From assembly GCA_964419785.1 (NCBI GenBank), contig CAYQRM010000136.1, forward strand, positions 5,305 to 69,304: a stretch of 64,000 bases of DNA, given 5' to 3'. Position 1 is the stretch's first letter. Every line of letters begins with the position of its first letter. The DNA is from an uncultured Solibacteraceae bacterium. GTDB lineage: Bacteria; Acidobacteriota; Vicinamibacteria; Vicinamibacterales; SCN-69-37. The translations under genes and the position numbers were made by a program. Below are positions 57,880 to 64,000 of the stretch, piece after piece. The notes under the pieces are model-generated. The model was not told where the DNA came from and made no database searches. It saw only the letters and a program-made list of their open reading frames with translations.

Positions 57880-58362
57880 TCATGGAAACGTCCCCAGGTC
57901 CGAGATCACCGCGTCCAGCAGGGCCGCCAGTTGCCCCGCTCTCTCGACGCCCAGATGCCCGAGCAGCGCTTTCGGTAGACGTTGGACGTGAGCGTCCAGC
58001 CCGCGCACGAGCACGAGTCCCTTGTCCGTAATGCCCACTTCCACGACGCGCCGGTCCTGGCGGCTGCGGCTGCGTTTCACCAGCCCGCGCGTTTCCAAGC
58101 GGTCGACCAGGCGCGTAATGTCCGGGTCACGCTCAATCATCCGCTCCGCGATGTCGCTGCACGCCAGTTTGGCCGGATGGGAGCCGCGGAGGATGCGGAG
58201 CGCGTTGTACTGGTGGGTGGTCAACTGGGCCGTCGTTTTGAGGAATTTGGCCCACGGCTCCACGACCCGTGCGGCCGCCATTCGCAGGCCGAGGAGGACT
58301 TCCTGCTCGGGAGACGAGAAGCGCTTCTGCTGCTTCAGCTCGTGGGCCACGACGCCGGTCAT
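57880..58362 (-). CDS. MarR-family transcriptional regulator
   Basis: LTTHQYNALRILRG, DIAERMI.RDPDITRLVDRLE.RGLV.R.RS..DRRVV.V.IT.KG. Confidence 0.92.
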   Translation of the reverse strand: MTGVVAHELKQQKRFSSPEQEVLLGLRMAAARVVEPWAKFLKTTAQLTTHQYNALRILRGSHPAKLACSDIAERMIERDPDITRLVDRLETRGLVKRSRSRQDRRVVEVGITDKGLVLVRGLDAHVQRLPKALLGHLGVERAGQLAALLDAVISDLGTFP

Positions 58363-58377
58363 GCGGCGGAGAATACG

Positions 58378-58394
58378 CGTTTACACGACTATCG
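58378..58394. promoter_or_regulatory. Candidate MarR autoregulatory operator
   Basis: CGTTTACACGACTATCG shares the 11-bp core and an ACGACTAT motif with the site at 57822. Confidence 0.5.
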
Positions 58395-58569
58395 TCAATA
58401 GGTTTATTGTGGGGCTCGTGCCGCCCTCGAAGGAAGACGACATGAACGCAGTCGCGACGTCTTTCTCTCCAACGCCCGAGATCACGACATCCAGAGAGTG
58501 ACCGACGTCTAAGGAACCTGACCAGAACAAGCCGTACTAAGCCAGAGTCGAAGTCTATAATCCACGCGT

Positions 58570-60987
58570 ATGGGGCTCGGCGGGCGCCGGATCATCGTCT
58601 CGATCGCGTGTGCGTTCGCGACCGCGGGGCTTGGCTTCGGCGCCCAAACACCCAGTCAACCTGCCGCATCGCCGTCGACATCCGCCGGCTTCGATCTGCC
58701 GCGCCTCGCGAGGATGGACGACGTCATCGCCGAGGCGATTGCCGCGAAGAAACTGCCCGGTGCGGTCGTCGTCGTCGGACGCGGCGACACCGTCGTGTGG
58801 CGCAAGGCGTACGGATCGCGAGCCCTCGTCCCGGCGGTTGAGCCGATGACGCTCGACACGATCTTCGACATGGCGTCGCTCACGAAAGTCGTCGCGACGA
58901 CGCCCGCCGTGATGCAGCTCGTTGAAGACGGCAAGGTTCGCCTCTCCGATCCGGTCGCGCAGTTCATTCCCGAGTTCGGCAAGTACGGCAAAGAGCGTGT
59001 GACCGTGCGCGATCTGCTGACGCACACGTCGGGGCTGCGTCCCGATCTCGATCTGGGCGACGACTGGAGCGGACACGACGCGGCGATTGCGCTCGCGAGC
59101 GACGAAGTACTCTCGTCGAGCCGGCGCTTCACCTACAGCGACGTCAATTTTCTTCTGCTTGCGGAAATCGTCGCGCGCGTGACGAAGCAGCCGTTCGACG
59201 AATACGTCCGCGCGCACGTCTTCACGCCGCTGGGCATGCGCGAGACGATGTTCAAGCCGCCGGCCTCGCTTTTGCCGCGCATCGCGCCGACCCAGGCGTG
59301 CGATCCAAAGGACAAGTCGTGCGGCGGCGAAACCATGCTGCGCGGCGTCGTACACGACCCGACGTCGCGGCGCATGGGCGGAGTGGCCGGGCATGCGGGT
59401 CTCTTCAGCACGGCGGCCGACCTCACGATCTACTGCCGCATGCTGCTGGGCGACGGGGCGATCGGGACGACCCGCGTGCTCGCGCCGCTGACGGTCGCGC
59501 GCATGACATCGCCCGCGACGCCCGCGACCGAGCCGAACGTGCGCGGTCTCGGTTGGGATCTCGACTCGTCGTACTCGGCCAACCGCGGCGAGCTCATGCC
59601 GCTCGGATCGTTCGGCCACACGGGGTTTACCGGGACGTCGATCTGGATCGATCCCGCGACGCGCGTCTTCATCATTTTTCTGTCCAACCGCGTGCACCCC
59701 GACGGCACCGGTGACGTGACGCCTCTCCGCGCCAAAGTCGCGACGATCGTTGCCTCCTCGCTCACGGGCGAGTCGAGCGATGCCCTGCGCTCGCTCGCGT
59801 TCAGCCGTCAGACCTTTGCGTCGCAGACAACGGCCGTCGCTGAAGCGCCGATGCCGCCGGTCGAAACGGGTATCGACGTGCTCCGCGCGAGCGGATTCGC
59901 GGCGCTCAAGGGGCTGAAGGTCGGCCTGCTCACGAACCACACCGGGCGCGCGCGCGACGGCGAGGCGACGATCGATCTCTTCGCGGGGGCGCTGACCGTG
60001 ACGCTCGTGTCGCTGTTCAGTCCCGAGCACGGCATCCGCGGCATCCTCGACGCATCCGTGCCGTCGACGACCGACGAGAAGACCGGCCTGCCGATTCACT
60101 CGCTGTACGGCGCGACCGAGCGCCCAACGGCTGACATGTTCGCCGGCATCGATGCGGTCGTGATCGATCTTCAGGACGTTGGCGCGCGCTTCTACACGTA
60201 CATGACGACGATGGCATACGTGATGGAGGAAGCGAGCAAGCGGAAGATCAAAGTGTTCGTGCTCGATCGGCCGAACCCGATCGGCGGGGTGCAGATCGAA
60301 GGGCCCGCGCTCGACGCGTCGGAAGTAGGCTTCACCGGCTATCTTCCCGCAATGCCAATCCGCCACGGCATGACGATCGGTGAGCTCGCGCGGCTGTTCA
60401 ACGGGGAGAAGAAGATCGGCGCGGATCTGACCGTCATCGCGATGAAGAACTGGCGGCGCGACGAATGGTTCGACGAGACCGGCCTCGCGTGGGTCAATCC
60501 ATCTCCCAACATGCGCACGCTCTACGCGGCGACGCTGTATCCGGGCCTGGGCGCGTTCGAGCAGACGAACATCTCGGTCGGACGCGGCACCGACACGCCG
60601 TTCGAGCAGATCGGCGCGCCGTGGATCGACGGCAATCGGCTCGCTGATGCGCTGAACGCGCGTCATCTCGCCGGGGTGCGTTTCTATCCCGTTCGATTCA
60701 CGCCGACGGCCGCGACGTTCAGCGGCGAAGATTGCCAAGGCGTCTTCATCGTCGTCACGGACCGAACGGCCGTGCGGCCGGTGCGTGTGGGTGTGGAAAT
60801 CGCGTCAGCGCTCGTGAAGCTGTTTCCGGGGCGCCTGCATGTCGGCATGGCGCACAAGCTGTTCGGATCCGAGGACGGTCTGACGCGCATCACCGCCGGG
60901 GAGGACCCGGCCGCAATCGCTGCCACGTGGGCAGCCGCCGAAGCGCGGTGGCGCCAGCTGCGCGCGAAGTATTTGTTGTATCAATGA
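58570..60987 (+). CDS. namZ: Secreted fusion: serine hydrolase (beta-lactamase-related, AmiE-like) plus exo-beta-N-acetylmuramidase NamZ (DUF1343)
   Basis: N-half ASLTK (SxxK), LLTHTSG, YSD, FGHTGFTG; C-half LLTNHTG, FSPEHG, SLYG, DLQDVG.RFYTY, VLDRPNP, RHGMT.GELA, PSPN, GRGT..PFE. Confidence 0.88.
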   Translation: MGLGGRRIIVSIACAFATAGLGFGAQTPSQPAASPSTSAGFDLPRLARMDDVIAEAIAAKKLPGAVVVVGRGDTVVWRKAYGSRALVPAVEPMTLDTIFDMASLTKVVATTPAVMQLVEDGKVRLSDPVAQFIPEFGKYGKERVTVRDLLTHTSGLRPDLDLGDDWSGHDAAIALASDEVLSSSRRFTYSDVNFLLLAEIVARVTKQPFDEYVRAHVFTPLGMRETMFKPPASLLPRIAPTQACDPKDKSCGGETMLRGVVHDPTSRRMGGVAGHAGLFSTAADLTIYCRMLLGDGAIGTTRVLAPLTVARMTSPATPATEPNVRGLGWDLDSSYSANRGELMPLGSFGHTGFTGTSIWIDPATRVFIIFLSNRVHPDGTGDVTPLRAKVATIVASSLTGESSDALRSLAFSRQTFASQTTAVAEAPMPPVETGIDVLRASGFAALKGLKVGLLTNHTGRARDGEATIDLFAGALTVTLVSLFSPEHGIRGILDASVPSTTDEKTGLPIHSLYGATERPTADMFAGIDAVVIDLQDVGARFYTYMTTMAYVMEEASKRKIKVFVLDRPNPIGGVQIEGPALDASEVGFTGYLPAMPIRHGMTIGELARLFNGEKKIGADLTVIAMKNWRRDEWFDETGLAWVNPSPNMRTLYAATLYPGLGAFEQTNISVGRGTDTPFEQIGAPWIDGNRLADALNARHLAGVRFYPVRFTPTAATFSGEDCQGVFIVVTDRTAVRPVRVGVEIASALVKLFPGRLHVGMAHKLFGSEDGLTRITAGEDPAAIAATWAAAEARWRQLRAKYLLYQ

Positions 60988-61463
60988 AGGACGCGATGTC
61001 GCACACCTTGCTTCGACACACATTGGCCACGCTCGCGTATCGCGGAGGAAAGGCCACGCGCGGCGCGCCGGAGAGCTTTTCGAGTTTCAAAGCGGCGGAG
61101 GCGTCGCGCACCGCCGGGCAGATCCTCGCGCACATCGGCGATTTGATGGATTGGGGACTGTCGCTCGCCGTCGGCCAGCAGAAGTGGCAGGATTCCGAGC
61201 CGCAAACGTGGGCCAAAGATACCGAGCGCTTTCACACGGCGATTCACGCGTTCGACGCGTACCTCGCGTCGGGTCAGCGGGTCGCGGCGTCCGACGATCA
61301 GCTGTTTCAGGGCCCGGTCGCGGACGCGCTGACGCACGTCGGGCAAATCAACCTGCTGCGCCGGCTTGCCGGCGTGCCGATCAAGGGCGAGAACTATTTC
61401 CGCGCCGACATCCAGACGGGTCGCGTCGGGGCTGAGCAAACGGCTGCGAAACGGGAATTCTGA
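60984..61463 (+). CDS. DinB/YfiT-like hypothetical protein
   Basis: LLRHTLATLAYR, QILAHIGDL, FQGPVADALTHVGQI.LLRRLAG.P; ATGA overlap. Confidence 0.7.
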   Translation: MKDAMSHTLLRHTLATLAYRGGKATRGAPESFSSFKAAEASRTAGQILAHIGDLMDWGLSLAVGQQKWQDSEPQTWAKDTERFHTAIHAFDAYLASGQRVAASDDQLFQGPVADALTHVGQINLLRRLAGVPIKGENYFRADIQTGRVGAEQTAAKREF

Positions 61464-61504
61464 GCCCTACCGAATTGCGCGCGGCGAGCACGGTCACGCT
61501 GAGG

Positions 61505-61741
61505 TCATTGCTCGTACTTCTCGACGACTGACGCCGGCCGCACGTGCGCGTCGTCCGGGTCCTTGCCGAATTCACGCTTGGCGCGACGCTGGCGCAGCAG
61601 ATCCCAGCACTGATCGAGCTCGACCTGAATCTTCTGCAGCCGCGTCTGATCGTGATCGTTGACGTCGCTCTTGCCGTAAATCGCCTGCTCTTCGTGCACG
61701 AGCTGGCGAATCTTGCCGAGGACGGATTCGTCGGTGGACAT
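61505..61741 (-). CDS. DUF2630-family protein
   Basis: I..LV.EE..., RL..I.VELDQCWDLLRQRRAKRE.G.DPD.A.VRP..VVEKYEQ; GGAG RBS. Confidence 0.85.
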   Translation of the reverse strand: MSTDESVLGKIRQLVHEEQAIYGKSDVNDHDQTRLQKIQVELDQCWDLLRQRRAKREFGKDPDDAHVRPASVVEKYEQ

Positions 61742-61753
61742 GGTCGCTCCTGA

Positions 61754-62155
61754 TCATTTGTACAACATTACGTACACGATCACACCCGTCACCGACACGA
61801 ACAGCCAGATGGGCAGCGTCCAGCGTGCGAGGCGGCGGTGCCGGACGTCTTCGCGGCGGAGACCGCGTCCGAGCGTGACGATCGCCATCGGCAGGACGAC
61901 GGCGGCGAGCGTGACGTGGGGAATCAGAATCGAAAAATAGACGTACCGCATCAGGCCCGTGCCCGGATACGGCTTCGATCCCGACTGCGCGTGATAGATC
62001 ACGTACGAGATCAGGAACAGTGATGACGTCACGAACGCCGAGATCATGCAGCGGCGGTGCGCCGTGACGTTGCCAGACTTGATGAAGAACCAGCCCGTCG
62101 TGAGGAGCGCCGCCGACGTGGCGTTGAGCGTCGCGTTGAGCGCGGGAAGCGTCAA
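61754..62155 (-). CDS. DUF420-family membrane protein (cytochrome oxidase cluster)
   Basis: LPALNATLN, HRRCM..AF..S.LFL.SY..YH, YF.ILI.H..LA, HRRLARWT.PIWLFVSVTGVIVY.MLY; TTG start overlapping the ctaB stop. Confidence 0.88.
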   Translation of the reverse strand: MTLPALNATLNATSAALLTTGWFFIKSGNVTAHRRCMISAFVTSSLFLISYVIYHAQSGSKPYPGTGLMRYVYFSILIPHVTLAAVVLPMAIVTLGRGLRREDVRHRRLARWTLPIWLFVSVTGVIVYVMLYK

Positions 62156-63042
62156 GAGCGGGCGACGCAGAGCAGCGCCCAGAGCAGCGGCAGGTACGTG
62201 ATCGATCCGAAAAACAGCCAGCGCGCGGTCGCGTCCGTGCGATCGATCGCAAATCTGAGCGCCGTCACGAGCAAACCAGCGCCGAGCAAGAGCGCGCCGA
62301 CGATCGCGTACGTCTCGTGCGCGAGCACGAGGAACGGCAGCACGCTGAACGGCACGAGCGTCGCGGCCCAGAGCGCGGCCTGCCGGCCGGTCATCGCGCC
62401 GTCGCGGTCGATGACGGACAGCATCGGCAGCCCGGCCTGACGATAATCGTCGCGGCACATCCACGAGATCGCGAGGAAGTGCGGCAGCTGCCAGAGGAAC
62501 ATGAGCAGGAACAGGGTCCACGGGGCGACGCCGCTGATCGATCCGCGCGCCGCGGCCCAGCCGATGAGCGGCGGCAGCGCCCCAGGCACCGCGCCGACGA
62601 TCGTCGAGAGCGACGTCCATCGCTTGAGCGGCGTGTACACCCACGCGTAGATCACGAGCGTCGTCAACGCGAGCGCCGCGGCGAGCGCGTTGGTACCCAC
62701 CCAAAGCAACACGACGCCGAAGAGGGCAAGTGAGGCGCCGGTGATGAAGCCTTCGGTCGGCCCCATGCGGCCGTCCGCGACTGGCCGCAAGCGCGTGCGA
62801 TCCATCTGGCGATCGATGTCGCGCTCGTACACTTGATTGATCGCTGCCGCTCCGCCCGCGACGAGCGCCGTGCCCATGCCCGCAATGACGATAGCCAGCG
62901 GTCCGACACCATCCGGCGCCGCCAGGTAGTACCCGCCCACGGCCGTCGCGACAACGAGCGCGTTCAGCCTGACCTTGGTCAGGACCGCAAGATCGGCCAG
63001 TCGGGAGGACGAAGGCGAGACGACGAGCGCGTCAGGCTTCAT
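62152..63042 (-). CDS. ctaB: Protoheme IX farnesyltransferase (heme O synthase)
   Basis: LTK.RL, NQVYERDID..M.RT..RP, YT.LKR, VGAVPGA.PPLIGW, WQLPHF.AI, DY..AG.PML. Confidence 0.95.
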   Translation of the reverse strand: MKPDALVVSPSSSRLADLAVLTKVRLNALVVATAVGGYYLAAPDGVGPLAIVIAGMGTALVAGGAAAINQVYERDIDRQMDRTRLRPVADGRMGPTEGFITGASLALFGVVLLWVGTNALAAALALTTLVIYAWVYTPLKRWTSLSTIVGAVPGALPPLIGWAAARGSISGVAPWTLFLLMFLWQLPHFLAISWMCRDDYRQAGLPMLSVIDRDGAMTGRQAALWAATLVPFSVLPFLVLAHETYAIVGALLLGAGLLVTALRFAIDRTDATARWLFFGSITYLPLLWALLCVARS

Positions 63043-63956
63043 GGCTGCAGGGACTCACGAAAGCGTACTCGAAATGCGCGCAGCGTGACGACCAAAGACG
63101 TGCCCAGGACGATCGCGCCCGTCGCCACGTGCAAGGTGTTGACCTCAGGCTGTTTGGCGGTGAGGACGACGAGTGCGCCGAGCGTCGCTTGCACCAGGAC
63201 AAGTCCCACCAGCCACGTCGCGGGACGCACGAGCTCGCGCCGCTCGCGATGCCGGCGCCAGATGTATATCGCATTCGCAACGATCCAGATCACGACGACG
63301 AGCGCCCAGACGCGATGCGCGAAATGGACGGCAATCTGCGCGGACCATGTCGGTGGAATGACGTGCCCGAAAGCCAGCGGGAAATCAGGGATCGCCAATC
63401 CCGCGCCGATGTGCCTCATCGTTGCGCCGATGAGAATCTGGATGTAGATCGCCATCGTGAGGCCGAGCGCTCGGCCTCTGAGCGTTGCATCGTCGACTGG
63501 TGTGACGGCAGACTCGAGCCACGAGCGTGACGTGAAGAGCGCGATGCTCACCGTAATGCAGAAGAACAGTTGCGCAAGGCCTGCATGGCCGATCGATATC
63601 GGCGCGGGGAGCATGTACAGGACCGTGAGGCCGCCGAGCACGCCTTGGAGAATCACGGCGACGAGGCCGACGAGACTCAGAGTGCGCATCCACGCGCGCC
63701 GATCGACACGCCAGACGAAGACGACGAGACCGATCGTGAGGAACCCGACGGTCGACGCGATCAGTCGATGTCCGTGCTCGTAGAAGATCCCGCCCACCAT
63801 CTTGCTGAGTGGAAACGAGTACATCGAGTAACCGTACGATGTGGGCCAGTCCGGGACGGAGAGGCCGGAGTTGGTGCTCGTGACCATGCCGCCCGCGGCG
63901 ACGAGCAGCAGCGTGGCCGCGACGAGCAGCCGCGCGTAGCGATGGAGCCAGATCAC
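63039..63956 (-). CDS. ctaA: Heme A synthase (COX15/CtaA)
   Basis: GG.VTST.SGL..PDWP, EHGHRLIA, Q..LGGLTV, H..LAQ, GATMRH, HFAHR, LHVA.G. Confidence 0.92.
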   Translation of the reverse strand: MIWLHRYARLLVAATLLLVAAGGMVTSTNSGLSVPDWPTSYGYSMYSFPLSKMVGGIFYEHGHRLIASTVGFLTIGLVVFVWRVDRRAWMRTLSLVGLVAVILQGVLGGLTVLYMLPAPISIGHAGLAQLFFCITVSIALFTSRSWLESAVTPVDDATLRGRALGLTMAIYIQILIGATMRHIGAGLAIPDFPLAFGHVIPPTWSAQIAVHFAHRVWALVVVIWIVANAIYIWRRHRERRELVRPATWLVGLVLVQATLGALVVLTAKQPEVNTLHVATGAIVLGTSLVVTLRAFRVRFRESLQP

Positions 63957-64000
63957 AGCGCGCGCCGATCTATTTCGTGGCGAACGTCAGCGGCAGGGTC

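Noticed and set aside
58570-59760. Antibiotic-resistance beta-lactamase
   Set aside because: SxxK fold fused to NamZ fits a peptidoglycan-processing serine hydrolase; nothing in the sequence indicates a resistance class.
1-64000. HIP1-like enrichment of GCGATCGC/CGATCG
   Set aside because: Many copies are visible, but Ala/Ile/Asp codon pairs (GCG ATC GC) and CpG bias can explain them; a Markov-corrected count is needed and was not done.
1-64000. rRNA, tRNA, IS transposase, integrase or prophage genes
   Set aside because: None recognisable; intergenic gaps are short and accounted for by promoters or repeats.
63970-64000. 3' end of an upstream minus-strand gene (..TLPLTFATK*), possibly a cytochrome oxidase cluster gene
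   Set aside because: Only about 10 codons are visible; too little to identify.

Overview
A GC-rich, gene-dense bacterial window, most consistent with Acidobacteriota (Vicinamibacteria-like). This is inferred from PadR/ADOP permeases, acidobacterial VWA proteins, tandem CarboxypepD_reg proteins and an Oar-like TonB-dependent receptor. About 50 CDSs cover secreted hydrolases (GH2 exo-beta-glucosaminidase, GH29 fucosidase, S9 peptidase, NamZ fusion), three ADOP permeases, glutamine synthetase III, a FadR-controlled beta-oxidation operon, a sulfatase-like/VWA/TPR/TBDR envelope cluster and heme O/A synthesis genes. No rRNA, tRNA, CRISPR-cas, transposase or integrase was recognised. The main unexplained structure is a family of inverted short-unit (7/8/9/19-nt) repeat elements seen in apparently intact, decayed and empty states. 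Two 233-bp branched palindromes flank a GxxExxY PD-(D/E)XK gene and their central loops are flipped relative to each other; a four-helix-bundle gene lies between inverted 19-nt arrays; a decayed four-helix-bundle gene lies between 39-bp inverted repeats. Other signals: an exact AAC-N17-CGTC ECF-type promoter before all three ADOP loci, a strong Gln-at-+1 bias in exported proteins in a window that also encodes a glutaminyl cyclase, and two Thr-nucleophile sulfatase-like proteins. All calls were made by eye from sequence and motifs; no database searches were run.
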